A stretch of 63,954 bases of DNA, filler included, from Conidiobolus incongruus B7586 (GCA_000697335.1; 11 parts of 11 records of this genome joined end to end with filler, not necessarily neighbours in it); one strand, 5' to 3'. Positions 27,401 through 42,394 are shown, numbered from the whole stretch's first letter. Translations and numbers: made by a program. Notes: generated by a model not told the origin, from the letters alone.

Positions 27401-27789
27401 ATCTTTANNNNNNNNNNNNNNNNNNNNNNNNNNNNNNNNNNNNNNNNNNNNTTAATTAATTAANNNNNNNNNNNNNNNNNNNNNNNNNNNNNNNNNNNNN
27501 NNNNNNNATTAAAATTATATTTAAATATATTAATATTAATTAAAATATTATGAATATATTTTGATATTAAATTTCATATTATATTGAATATTCTATATTA
27601 ATTTAATAAATGTCAAAACCATCAAAAATATTATATGTATTTGGCTTTATCAACCAAAATTAAAATCAGCCTATATTATTGAATAAATTTAAAATAATAA
27701 TAGTAAAAATAATTTTACACAAATATAATTTATAATTTAAACCTAAAAATCCTCTAATAATTGAAATAAAAATATAATATTAATGTAAA

Positions 27790-29056
27790 AATTAAATAAT
27801 AACATAATTTTAAAATTAAACAAATAAATTAATAAATAGTATATAGAAATTAATGAATAATATAAAATTAATAACCTCTTTTATTATTAATTACTCTTTT
27901 CTATACTTTTTGTAAGCTTCTAATATTTAAAAAATAGTTCTTTTTATTAAAGACTGAAATTTGATATTTTACAAACTAATTTAATTTATTTGCAGGAATT
28001 TTTTTTCTTGTAAGCTATTTTTTTAACTATTTAAAACAATTATTATCACATAGGTTAAAACTAGGTAAATATATTGGATATAATAACTCCCTCTATTTTT
28101 TTATATAAAAAGTCTTTTATAGCTTTAGTTTTATATATTGTATAATTATTATACAATATAATAGATATTTTTCATTTATATTAAAAATATTATTTAAAAA
28201 TTGTTTTACTTAAACAAATAATATATAATTTACTATTAATTGATTTTTCTTAAGATATTAAATAAAAACCATATACCATTATAATCTATTATAATAATTA
28301 ACATTTATTTATATTTAAAATACTTATTTACTAAAATCTGTAAAAAGGATTAATTTAGCTTAACCTAACATCTTATTTTATTTTTAAATAAAGGATTATA
28401 TAAAGAAATTTAAGATTTATCAATTATAAGTTTTTATTATAAAAACCTTTGTCTTTAGTTATATTTTAATAAGCTTAGCTTAGTTATAATTACTTTAGTT
28501 TTTTTTAGGTTTTTGTTAAATTATAAAATATCTATTTTATATTTTTATTAATTGATCTAAATTTAAATTTAAATAAATATAATATGTTTATATAATTAAT
28601 ATTAAATTGCTTTAATAATTCTCTAACAGAAATAAAAAGGTATTTTATAATATATTTTTTTAATTTTATTTATAAGTGAAAAAATAATAGTAGAAATTGG
28701 TTTTTTAGATTTTGATTAATTTTGAATAATATCCCTTTTAACTTTAAATTCACAAATCTAACAATATATAGTAGTTTTAGATAAAATATCATCTCCATAT
28801 GTTGTTTGTAAGTTTTAGATAGTTTTAGAGGATTTATAGTTAAGTTTTAAAGATATAAAAATAAAAGCCATTTGATAATTATAATTTAATTTAAATATTA
28901 TTAAATTTAACTATAAATTTTAAAATCAAAATATTTTAATAAAAAAATATTTAAAATTAAATATATATTTTCCTATATATTTTATATTTATAACATCTTT
29001 CAAAATAAATAATATATTTGAAAAAATAGAAATTAAAAAATTTGCCATTTTTTAAT
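27790..29056 (-). mobile_element. Near full-length decayed mariner copy
   Basis: Shares TTAAAGACTGAAATTT with the 13820 copy. Minus strand ~28090-28020 reads ELLYPIYLPSFNLCDNNCFK*LK (the HPPYSPDLAPCD motif). Terminus AAAAAATTTGCCATT at ~29035. Confidence 0.8.
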
Positions 29057-29716
29057 TTCTATATTAATATAACATACTATCAAATATTATATTAAATTAT
29101 AAAAAGAAATATAGTCTTTAGGTGTAATATTTTTGGTTAAAATTAATATAGTTTAATTCCACAATTTTATCATATAAGTGTTATTACATAGTTATTTTTA
29201 AATTCACCAATCCAAATAATATTTAATATCATTTATTTTTCTTAAGTAAAAAGTATTTTGCTCAAGGTATTTTTTTAAATAAAATTAAGTATAAATATAT
29301 ATATTATTTCTGATTAAAATCTGAGGTTTAATTGAATTTTAAGAATATTTGATAATTANNNNNNNNNNNNNNNNNNNNNNNNNNNNNNNNNNNNNNNNNN
29401 NNTTAATTAATTAANNNNNNNNNNNNNNNNNNNNNNNNNNNNNNNNNNNNNNNNNNNNTAATAAAAATAATAAACAAATCTTTTTTCAAACTTATTTTAC
29501 TCTGTTATAAATTAGTTAATAGTCTTTAATTAAATATAATTTTTTATTTTCTTAATAGTAATTTTGAAATGATATTGGCTATTTTAAGTTAGAATAACTA
29601 TATCTAATAGATACAACCTTTATCAAATTATTTCTTGAAATTATTCAAATATTTACTTGTTATTAAAAAAAAAAACTAAAAAATGAAGAGTATGTAATAA
29701 AAATTTCTTTATTTTA

Positions 29717-30970
29717 ATAATGGGAATTTTTTGTATCAAATATATAAAAATATTTTGATATATAAAAATATAAAAAAATCATGTAAATTTGATTTTTTCT
29801 TAGATTATTAATAGCTCTATACTATTCCTCTAATAAATTTATAATATTTAAAATATAATTTTTTGCATTAAACTAAAAATTTGATATTTTATATAATAGT
29901 TAAATTTGAAAATAGTAATTTTCTTTCTTAAAACGTAATTAATCAATGACATAAAGTAATTATTATGATTTAAGTTATAATCTATTTAATAAACTAATAT
30001 GGTAGTTTTTACTTGTTTGAATTAAAAAGATTTAACAACTTGAGATTTAAGTATTTTATAATTATTTTATAAGAAAATATGTATTTTAAAATTATATTCA
30101 GAAAACCATATAAATATACATTTTTAAAAAAATTATATAAGTATATTTTTAATTGATTTTCCATGAAAAATTAAATAATAATAGTATAATACATTATTAT
30201 CAATTATAATAATTAATATTCACTTACTAACAAGATATTTATTAAAAGGGATTTTTAAATTGTTTTAATTTAGCTTAATCTAACCTCTTGAATTATATTT
30301 TAAATTTGGGTTAAAGATAAATTTAAATTTTTTATTGATTTTTATTATATGTTTTAAAAGTTTTAAATTTTAATAATATTTCAATAGGTGTTGTTTATTA
30401 ATAGCTATTGTAGCTTTTATGAAAGCTTTAGTTAAATTATAAGGTACTTATTTTATATTTAATTTATTAATTTAAGAATAAACTTTAAAAGATATAAAAT
30501 ACATATATGACTTATTTTAAAAAGATTACATAATTCTCAAAATAAAATAAAAAAATTTTTTTCAATATATTTTTTATTTAAATAATAATTAAGAGAGTGA
30601 TAATTTTTATTACTATATTAGATTTTAAAATGTTTTAGAAATTTACTTAACTTTGATATAATTTATATAGTAGTAAATTTGTAATTTAGAAAATATTTTA
30701 TTATTCAAAATTTCTTATAAATTGTAAATAAACTTAGTGGACTCAAAGTTTTATTGATATTAATTACACTTTTGATGATTTTTATATGGTATAACCATAA
30801 TTAAATTTAACAATTAATTTCAAAAAATTAATTTTTTAAACAAAAAAAATATCAAATAAATATATATAAATATATTAAAATAATTAATTTCTTATTAACT
30901 TAGTATTTAATTAAATATTTCAAATCAATAATATACTTCAAAATTTAAAAATTAAAAAATTTCCCATTAT
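29717..30970 (-). mobile_element. Full-length (~1.25 kb) decayed mariner copy with both terminal inverted repeats
   Basis: ATAATGGGAATTTTTT at 29717 and AAAAAATTTCCCATTAT ending at 30970. The interior is collinear with the other copies and the length is typical of mariner. Confidence 0.8.
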
Positions 30971-32280
30971 TTTAAATTTTCAATAAAATTTACTTTATCA
31001 AAATTTATCATATAAAGTCATTTAATAGATGAAATTTTTATTATATTATATATCTAATGTTTGATTTTACTCAATAAATGAAATTAATTTATTTAAAAAT
31101 TCTTTTAATATTATAAATGATTTTAAGTTTTTATTGATAATAAATTATCAATCAATAATTTAACTTGGTTAAAGTTTTTAAAAATAAATAATAAGATTCT
31201 AAAACTATTTCATTTAGCCCTAATTCATTAAAAATAATGGAATTACTATTTTGAATATAATTGCTATTGATAATAAATAATTAAACAAATAGTATTTATT
31301 TAATCTTTGTAATATATTATAATTATTATTTTGAGTTAAATTTTAAACTTATATTTTATTTTAGTTATATACTCAATAAAAAGTTATTATTTTCAAATTT
31401 TTAACTAAAAATAAAATATTCTTTTAAGATTTCTTTAATTGATAATATTATGGAAATAAATAACATTAATTAATTATAAAAAAATAAAGCTCTCAATTCT
31501 TTTAGGATATAATAATTCAATTCATTAATATTAAGATTTAAGCGAAATAAAAATAATAAATATATTGATAGTTAAGTAAAGGATTATTTATATATAAATG
31601 TTATAAAACATATAACATTTTTAAAAAAACTATAAGTTTTTTACATATATCAAAGTGATATACTGTTTACTATTAATTAAGTTATTTACATTTAAATAAA
31701 AAATTTATTGATATGCTTAACTTAGTAAATCAAATATTTAATAATCAATTGAAGTAAAGAAAAATATTATTTAGCTTGTATTTATCATAATTCTTATATA
31801 AAAAGTTTTAATTTATTTGTTTCCTATATATTTTATAAAAATAATGTTTTATATTTTATATTATCATTATTTATAACTAGAAAATGATAGATTTGTCAAT
31901 TTACATATTCCATATTAATATTTGATCATAATAATTAATATATGACAATTTTTATAGTTTTTTTTAAAATTTGATATTTTAATATAGATCAATTTATAAA
32001 AAATTNNNNNNNNNNNNNNNNNNNNNNNNNNNNNNNNNNNNNNNNNNNNTTAATTAATTAANNNNNNNNNNNNNNNNNNNNNNNNNNNNNNNNNNNNNNN
32101 NNNNNTAATATTAAATATTAATAAGGTAATATTTTGAAAAAATTATAAAATTTTATATATACTAACCTGAAAAAAAATAAGTCATAAAATAAAAATCATT
32201 TATATATTTACCTGTAACTTAAATAATTCTTAAATAAATTAATTTAAATTAAAGTATATAATTAAGATATATTATCTGAT

Positions 32281-33626
32281 TATAATAGGCTATATTTAAT
32301 TATATTTAATATATTATTGGTTAATATATCAGGTTTTAAATTTTAAATAGGGTGAGTCATAAATTTGCAAATTTAGGAGTTAAAAAGGTATATAAAACAA
32401 AAATTACTTAAATCTTTTTTTCTTTTATTAAATTATATATATATATATATACTAATATTATTTTTGTAAATTATTATTTTAAATAATATTAATATTAAAA
32501 TACCTAAATCCCTTTTTAAAGAGATTTACTTGTATATTAATCAACTTTAAAATAAAGGTAAATCAACATATAAGATAGCTGGAATTACTAGTGTTAGCTA
32601 GTCTATTATAGTTAAAGTTATTAAAAATTATGGTAAAAATATATCTAAACTTAAATTTAAGTATGTTAGGATTATAAATATATATGATGAAAAGTATATT
32701 TATAGGTTAATTAATACAAGTAAGTATAATATTGCTTTAAAAGTATAAAAAGAATTATAAGACTATATAAGAATATTAGTTAGTACTAATACTATTATAC
32801 ATACTTTATATTGTAATAAATACTATTTGCACATTAAAAAAATACCTTTAACTAAAAAAATCCCATTATAAAGTTAGGTGGGAGTTTAAATATCATCACT
32901 AAAGTTGAATTAAAACTAATTAGAATAAGGTTATTTAGTTAGATAAAACAAAAATATAACTTAGTAAATCTAATAAAAAAACTAGATATTTTAGAAAAGA
33001 CAAAAAACTACTTTATAACCATTATGTTATTTTAACCCAAAAATAAAATGATGGGTTAATTATAGTTTAAGGATATATATTATCTTTTGGTGTAGGATAT
33101 TTTTATAAAGTTAATAAGGGAATTAATATTGAGATATATTAAAATATTTTATATAATAAATTAAAAAAAAACTATCAAATAGTATATATTAAATAAATCA
33201 GATGTTATTTTCTAACAAGATAATACCTTTTGCTATACTACTATTACTATTACCAAATGGTTTAAAAATAATAAAATAATAGTTATAAAGTAGCTTCCTC
33301 AATCCTCTAACTTTAATCTAATTAAATATCTTTAGGATTAGTTAAAAAAAATAGTTAAAACTTTCCAACTAGCAAAAAATTTAAATATGCTTTAAGAATA
33401 TATTTAAGAAGCTTAGAACAAAATTAATCTTTCTTAATATAAAAAAGTTAGTTGACTCTATATTTTATAAACTTACAAAAGTTAAGAAAACAAAAGATAA
33501 ATATATTAAGTTTTAATTTTGTTTTTATAACCAAAATATACAAATTTATAACTCACCTTAGGTAAAATTTAAACTTCAATATATCAACTAAAAGTTAATA
33601 TAAATAGATCAAATATTATTAGCTAT
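32281..33626 (+). mobile_element. Full-length decayed Tc1 (DD34E) transposon; transposase remnant 32500-33516
   Basis: Long TIRs (GGTGAGTCATAAATTTG / CAAATTTATAACTCACC). Remnants read N*NKVI*LDKTKI (DWxKVIWSDETKI), GLIIV*GYI (GSIMVWGCM) and F*QDNTFCYT...K*LPQSSNFNLIKYL* (FQQDNAPCHT...WPPQSPDLNPIEHLW), with 34-residue spacing. Confidence 0.9.
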
Positions 33627-33779
33627 AAATAAATAATATAAGTTTATTATATATTTTAATTTAAATTAATTTAATTAAGAATTAACAGAGTTATTAATAA
33701 TAATATATATAGTTATAATTTTATAACTTACTTTTATAAGCTAGTATATAAATATTAAGATATTACTTTATATTTTTAA

Positions 33780-33981
33780 TAAAAGAATTCTTTATAATTA
33801 AAAATAAATAAATATTCTAATATAAAATATATAAAGATAGATATATAATATAAATCTAATGGTTTGTTTTATTATTAATAACTTTTTGCTATATTGTTAA
33901 TAAACTTTAAATATTTAAAAAACAATTCTCTTTATCAAAAACTAAAATTTGATATTTTACAAATTAATTAAATTTTTTTAT
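33780..33981 (-). mobile_element. Mariner fragment truncated by an assembly spacer
   Basis: TAATAACTTTTTGCTATA...AACTAAAATTTGATATTTTACAAATTAATT matches the end region of the 27790 and 61875 copies. Confidence 0.65.
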
Positions 33982-36900
33982 NNNNNNNNNNNNNNNNNNN
34001 NNNNNNNNNNNNNNNNNNNNNNNNNTTAATTAATTAANNNNNNNNNNNNNNNNNNNNNNNNNNNNNNNNNNNNNNNNNNNNAATAATAAATATATTAAAT
34101 TATATAACATAAAATATTATATGATAATTAGAAAATATATATAAATTTAATTATTTTAAATAATGTTATTATAATACTTATAAAAAAATATAAAAAATTT
34201 ATTATTTTTTTAGTTAATATATTTTTGACTTGATTATTAGTAATTATAGGCAAAATTATTATGATTGAATAGATTATTTTAAGATATAATTTGTTTAGAT
34301 TTAAAGTGAAAGTATGAGTATTTACTGTACAGTGATAAAATGTGGTTTAGCAATTATTTCTTAATAATATATAGATTTTTAATCTAAATATTCTTTTAAT
34401 TCGAATTCTATTAAATTAGAATTAGTTTTACAAAATCATTAAATATATATTGGCAATTAAGTGTAATACAATACTTAAAAAGTACTGATGAAAATTATAA
34501 ATGTAATACCAGCGAATTTTTTTGTTAATCTATTATCAAAAATCATTACTTTAAGAACCAAGGTTATAGTAGAGTTTAGGTATGTATTATCCAAATGTAG
34601 CAGAAAATCAAAATTTAAATAAATAATAATATTTTATAATAAATAAAACTTAGTATCCTTGAACCTTAATAATAAAAGCCTAGTATCAAAATATAATATT
34701 TTAAAACAGAGAACAATGATATTCTAAGAAATTTATTGTGGATTAAAAATTAAAATGGTATTATTAATAGTGATTAGAAATTTATTCGGAATAAAAAAGT
34801 ATGAAATATGTGATAATAACTGAAAGAGAAATATATTAATTATAATAATTAACTTCAATAGTTTAAATTGGTAAAAATTTTAATATAAATAATAGTCTTT
34901 TTTAATATTTTTCATAAATATTTTTTTTATAGTTTTATTATTTTGGTTAAAAAAAATCAGTACATTTTTAAAAATTAAATCAGTGCCAATTTTAATTAAA
35001 TTCTACTAATGCTTATAGCATTAATGATATATATCAATAATAATGTTTATTTAAATGCATTTTAAATAATCACAAGGTTTGTGTATCTCTAAAAGGTTTA
35101 AACAAGTATATTCAAATAATAGTGAGATGTCATAGGAAATGCTAATAATATTTATATCAATATTTTATAAAATTATTAAATATTGAAATATATCTCATAG
35201 AAAAAGTATAGATAATAAAATTTAGAAAAAAAAACTAATGATATTTAAATATTTCAATTAATGTTTTGATTATTGTAAATATTATAAAAATAATCTAGCA
35301 TTATTTAGATATTATAAATAAAGATCAGTATTATTTTTAGATAATAATAAGAAATTGATAAAATGATTTTTAATTTCGCCAAGGAACCATAGGCATTAAT
35401 ACAAGTCAATTTAAATTATGTTAGAATAAAAATAAATATTAGATAATCTTGAATTTGTTAATGAATATAATTATTTTGATTTTATTCAATAAAAGAATAA
35501 TTGTTGAATAATTCTATGATATTTTCGGTTAATTAATTTAAATCTTAATTTAATTAAGACTCAATATTGGTAGTAATGGATGATGATATATTTATCTTTA
35601 TTGCATGAATATAATATTAGAGTATAATGAATAAATGAAATTATTTCATTTGTCATTTTAAATTTTAAACATTTGACATACTCGGATTTAGAAAAAAAAT
35701 TACTTCCCGAATATTTTCCAAATTACTAACATTTTATTATAAAATTTACCATCAATATAAAAATTCCTTGTTTTTAATACAAAGTACATAAACATAATAT
35801 TAGATAGAATTCTATATTTTTAATTAATAAAATTTTTATTACATAAAAGCCAAGTTGATTATTATCTTCAGTTTCATATTTCAATCTATTATCAATCATA
35901 ATATATTTATAAAAGCTGTGATAAGTTAATAAATCGAACTGAATCAAAAATTAGACTATGACAATAAATAATATTATAACTAATTATATATATTAATTTT
36001 TATATTTTGCAAAAAACAATATTCTAATATAAGTTTAAATTTGATTAAGATTGAAATTTAATCAAATCAAAAGTGATATATCTCGTTAATTAATACATAT
36101 TATTTATGTTTTCATTTTTTTACAGCATGAATAATTTTAAAAAGATGTTTAAGTAATATAAATTAAGTGAAAGTTATGATATTCAAAGCATCTAGAATTG
36201 TAAATTTGACCCCTACGCATTTTATCCTCCAATTTTATTAAAATATATTTATATACACATTTTTTAAAAAATGTTATTTAATATTTAACATAGTCAAAAT
36301 GAATAATTTTATTAATTTTTACCCTTTTTATAATAAATAATTAAGGTTTAACCCCTTAAATTTTTAAAATTAAACTTGATTTAAAAAAAAATAAAATAAT
36401 AATTCAATTTTTTATCAAAAATTTATCCCTTAATAATGATTAATAATTAATTTAAAAATTATTTAAATAATTGATCAAGTGACAATATATATGTATATAT
36501 ATAATTATAAATTTTACGGATTTATATTATTGAGAGCAGTATATTTAATTAAACTATCATTTGTAATTCAATATATATTCTTTTTAAGGGATATTATTTT
36601 CAATTATTTGATTTGATGTTATTTTTAATATTTGATTGATAATAAATTGGAAATAATTTTAAATTGAGTTGAATTAATAATTATAAAAAATGATCAAATT
36701 GATTTGAATTTCTATGTTAATTTAATATATTAATACATTTAAATAATAATAAAACTAATAAAGCATGGTTTAATATATGAAAGACAAAATTATAATATTG
36801 TGAATTATTAATATAAAAATCCCTTAAAAATATTTTAAATTAATTCGACTAGATTTCAAATAATATATTATTGAAACTCACTAATTCGATTAAATTTGAC

Positions 36901-38076
36901 TAAATTTAATATTTTGTATTTTTAGTATTAGTTAAATTATACAACAAAGGTTCACTTTTTGCAATTGAAACATTCTCCTTTGTCTCTAGTGCTATAAGGT
37001 TAAAAGTAACTCTGTTTAGGGAGGTAAATTATTTTAATGACCCATTACCACTTATTTTAAAAAATCCTAATGATTAAAACATTACAATAAAACAATTTTT
37101 TTAAATCTATTAATTAGAAACAATATTTTGAGAATTTCTAAATAATCAAAAATAATATAATATTATTTTATTTAACGGAATAATATAGTAATAATAATTA
37201 TAATCAAAAGTAAATTAGCTACTATTGAGCTTTGAAATTGTATCTAACAGTACTTAGATTAATCCTTTTCCTAAACTAAACTTGATATAAACGGACAAAT
37301 TTTTGGTTAAATTTGAATCTGAAATTAATATCAGCAGGTGATTTTGTAGAGTGTAAATAATTTAATGTAATATTTGAAAAGGTAGAAATCAATATATATT
37401 TATATATATATAATTATTATAACATATGATTTGTTAAATTATAATTTAATTCGGTTTAATTATATATTTTGATAAAATTATTCAATTTATTATAGTATCT
37501 GCTTAAAAAGAATTAAATAAATATTGAATAAAAATATAATATTAATTTTCATAATTTAAATAAACCTTTCAAATAAATTATTATTATTATTATAATTTTT
37601 GAGTAAAAATTATTTTTTAATTATAAATAGACTTTAATTATTTTTTTGGTATTACTGATATAAATAGCCAAGCTATTTGTTTTGATTTGGTCAAAGATCT
37701 CACTTTTTACTAAATAAGAAATTGGTTGATTATGCATTGGCTTCAATCATTACTCTTTTCAGAGATATAAACGTTTTCTCTTGATTTAAACGTCTTTTTC
37801 CGATATTGGGATTCTTGGTGTTTTGGATAACAGTTTGATTTGGAAATGAAAAGTAAATAATTAAAAACTAGAAAAGGAGTGTGAACTCAGTAGGAAACCG
37901 CTAATTAATTTCAATTTAATAAATAATACCTTCTCTTGATTGGCTAATTCAATAGGTTACTAATTTGAATCAAGATCTGCATTGTTGGAGTGGAAATTGT
38001 TGAGAGTATAAAAGAGCTATACATCTCGCTTGATTACAATTTATCAACAATTGATTTCATCATTATATTAACAATT

Positions 38077-38439
38077 ATGACTTCTCAAACTTTAAGCTAC
38101 CAAGAATTCATTCAAACTATTGAGGCTTCTGAATCTGCCGAGCGTATTCAAAATATGGCATATATTTCTCAAATGCGTCGCAGAGGATCCAATGTATCTA
38201 TTTACTCACAAACTTCAGTTGCTCCTTCCACATGTTCATCAAATACATCAGTCAAGTTAGCTGTCCCATCAGCACTTGACTTGGATTCCGCTCTCTATCA
38301 AAAAGGCTTTGAACTTCGTCAATTTGAATCTGATGAAGAGTTCGATACTATGATTGAGCAAGGATTTAATGGCAATGGATGCGAACCCATGCCTACTTTG
38401 AAGCTCACCTTAACACCTGAAGTGTTGAGAAAAATTTAA
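38077..38439 (+). CDS. Small unknown protein, paralogue A (120 aa)
   Basis: ATG 38077 lies downstream of TATAAAA (38027). MTSQTLSYQEFIQ...RRRGSNVSIYSQTS...PTLKLTLTPEVLRKI; frame conserved with paralogue B. Confidence 0.85.
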   Translation: MTSQTLSYQEFIQTIEASESAERIQNMAYISQMRRRGSNVSIYSQTSVAPSTCSSNTSVKLAVPSALDLDSALYQKGFELRQFESDEEFDTMIEQGFNGNGCEPMPTLKLTLTPEVLRKI

Positions 38440-41400
38440 TTTTTTAAATTAAGCAAAACATTCTGGGAATCTTTCCAGTTCATCATTTCTTTTAGAGTGT
38501 AAAGAATTGATCTCAAAATTGATTTTGATAGCATTGTTATTGCTTGACATCCTACTCTTGTATATTACTATCGATGAGCTAGCCTCTTAATTTTCCTATT
38601 ATATATGTATATATGACGCAATTATTAGACGATATCAAATAATATTCTATTTAAAAATAAATGATTAATTAATTCAATTATCTTATAATATTTATTATTA
38701 TATTAATAATATTTTCTTTAATGATAACCAATAAAAATTAATTATTAATAAATTAAAAAATTAATTTCCTAAAATTAAAAATATTCTGGATATTTTAAAT
38801 TTATTTTGACAAGACCATACTTTTCGCATTAACTGAGTAACTAACGTGATTTTATCAATTTTCTCAAAATTCATGCTAACTCACAGTAGTTATCTGAATA
38901 AAGAATAGTCTATATTTAATTGGTTATTAACGATAAATTTTGTAATAGTACCTGAAACTTACTGGTGATCTTTTATGTATACAAATTTTATCAACAAAAG
39001 CCTTAAAATTTAAAGAAATTATCCAATTTATTTTTACCGAAATTGGTGTTTTGAATTTCTTTATTTCAATCATAATTAATTTATATATTTATTTGATTTT
39101 TTTAAATTTGAATTTATGAAAAAAAATTAAGTAAATATGTTTTAAATTTTAAAATTAAGCTTTAAGTAAAAATTATATATATATATTAATCATATTTTTA
39201 AAAAAAAACATAAAATTGACAATGATTTTTTAAAATTGTAATTAATTTTAAATTTATCTTAGCTATTTTTATAATTGATTAATTCATGATGATGAAATTA
39301 AAATTAATAATTAATTAATTAATTTAATTACTAATCAAGATTTTTTTTTGAAGTGTAACTATTTAATAAATATTCTATTTTTGTTTAATTTTTAAAAAAT
39401 TTAGTATTAAAATTAATATATTAGGTATAATTGTTAATTTTAAGAAATAATTTAATTAATAGGAATTTTTTTTAAACAACGGCTGAGTATTTCTCCATTT
39501 TGATATTCGATAATGCTGTGAATAATTACTAATTATTAGAATTGAAATAATAAGTAAAATTCATTGATATAAACTATAGAAACATATGCTTACATGTTCA
39601 TTAATATATTATTATACATAAAAATACCATTTTGGAAAAAAAATTTTAACTTCAACCTGATAAAACCGGAATACTTGTAATATCCGAAAACAATTTATTG
39701 AAAAACAAAGTGTTTTTAAAATAATTCTGTGTTAATTTTCAATTTGGGTTAAATTATAAAATATATTAAATATTGTCAAAAGTTTTATCACTATAATCTA
39801 AAATTTTTGATAATTATCACTTAATTAGTAACTGCTAATTCCGATAATTATGTATCATCGTAGTGATATATAATGCATATGAGCAATAACCTGTTGACTA
39901 AAATAGGTAGCCCTCGTACCATTACTATTGATTTTTTTTGAATAATAGTAATACTAAATTCAAAAAATTAAAGGCTAAAACTATTTTTAATTGATTGGGG
40001 AACTTTAATATTATATTGTATCAAATATCAATATAATTTTGAATTATTTCGAAATTAACTTGAATTCTTAGTAACTTTTAATAAGTTATTAATTGTTATT
40101 GTTCTAAACTAATTATCTTATATACACCTTACTTTTTAGAATTTGATTGTTGAAATCATTTGATAATATTGAAATTAGAACGATCACCTTAATATCATAT
40201 CGTGAGGATGATTAAAATATCTGCTAATTTGAATATGTTAGAATGTTATAACCAACTTTTCATATTTGATTTTCATAAGGTTATAATATCTTATCATTAA
40301 TTTTTATACTATATATATCATTATATTACAAAATATATTAATAACTTTTAATAATTTGAAATTTTTTATATCGGTTAAACCTTGCTATAAAAGTAGATAT
40401 GCAACCGATGCATGAAATTTTATTGACTATTTTGGTATAATAATCATTTACTATTGTACAAATTAAATAAAAATTTTCCCTTATAATATTATGATTTGCA
40501 GATAAAATAATTCTCAGTTATTGAAAATAATGGAGTATACAATATTATGATATATCAGTAATTGCTTTATTTGGTCAATACTCAGTCAACTATATTCTTT
40601 CATATCGTTGATTTATTTAGTATCTCAAATATCATTATTATATAGATATCAACTAAAGCTGAGTTAAACTTAGTTTTATTTAATATATTTCAAAAGTTTT
40701 GCATTATACAATAATATATTTGTTCATTTATTTAAGAATTTGAATAAAGATTATTTTACCGAATAAAATATTATATTTTTTTTATCAAAAAAAGAGAAAA
40801 AACTAAAAAGATTATTGAATCAGATAATTCCTATATCCTAGAATATTTATTAATATTTATTCAAAATATAAAAACTAAACAATTAAATTATCAATAGTAT
40901 ATTAACTTCTTAAATATATGTTTTATCAAATATTTTCTTGCACTCTCTCTTTCAATATAAAATTTATTAATATTACATATTCTTAATACATTTTGTTAAT
41001 ATCAATTTAAGTACAAAACTTTCAATTTTTATTGTAAAATATTTTATTATTGATATATTACTAAACTATAGTCATTCCTATTGATTTTAATTGATAATAT
41101 TTTAATATATAACTACTTATAAAATTTTTGATATCATATATAAAAATTTTAGTTTAAAAAAAATATATAAATATATTATTTCATAGATTTTTGTTCTCAT
41201 AAATTATTATATAATTTAAGTTTATATATATATGATCATTAGAATATTTTTATTTATATGAAAAAAAACTGAATTATTAAATTTATTAATTAGCAAATAT
41301 GAGTAATTAGATGTCAATAATCCAATAGTTAGAAATAAATACTGATTATACTTTGTTTAAAAAGTATATATTTGTAATATATTTTGGAATATTTTCATTT

Positions 41401-42394
41401 TATAGATTTCAGAGTCAAAAATTAATAATAATTTTTGCATAAAAGATGAAGTCTTTTGAAAATACTCAATGTCGCTAATAACTTGTTTAAACTAGAAATT
41501 TCAAGTTTCAATAAGTACTTTCAATTAAAAATATACTCTGTGAATTTTAGAGAATTAGAGTATATTGTAAATATATATGATATTGGTAATTTTACAATTT
41601 TAAACGCGCCAAGTTAGTGAAATGTGAAGTCTAATACACATTTTTATAAAATAAAATTATATTTAACCTTTTAACAATACAAAGAAATATACAAATAAAA
41701 ACTAAATTATAAAAATTTATAAAATATACAATTTAAGTAATTTTTATTAAATAATAAAAAAATTCAATATAAAATTATAAATTAAATTTTACTTTTAATA
41801 CATATCCTTATAATGCCATTTTTAATTTTTGATAAAATAAATTTCAGACTTTATCAAATTTACTTTTTATTCATAGAAATAATAAAAAATAGTAATATAT
41901 TAATTAAAGAATAGCAATAGCAAATTATTAAATATAAATGATAATAGAGGATTCAAATGTTAATTTTATTCTTGTATAAAAGCTATTACATAACTAATTA
42001 TAAATTTAAAATGAAAACATAGTTAAATAAAATTCTCTAAATTCAATACCTGGTAAATTTATTAATATTCATATTATTAATTTTAAAATTATGAAATTTG
42101 ATTATTTTTTTACTAATTAATCAATAAAAATAGGAAAAAAAAATTTTTTTGATAATTAAAATTATTGAATTAATTAATAATTTATTTTTTAATATATTTA
42201 ATATATTGTAAAACTTTATCATTTTTACATGAAGAGACTAGCTCGTTAAGTTATATAATTTGAAGGAAGGAAAAGAAAAAAGTAATACCAGCGATAACAA
42301 TGTTATCGAAAATTTGAATGTTGATTAATTCTTATCATGAAGTGAATCCTTATATACAGTGATTGTTTAGAAGGAAATAAGCTTTTGATATGAA

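Noticed and set aside
32500..33516. Stop-codon reassignment (TAA/TAG at Gln and Trp positions in transposases)
   Set aside because: Host genes end normally in TAA, TAG and TGA and have no internal stops. The same elements also carry Met->Ile, His->Tyr and Cys->Tyr changes, so this is mutation rather than recoding.
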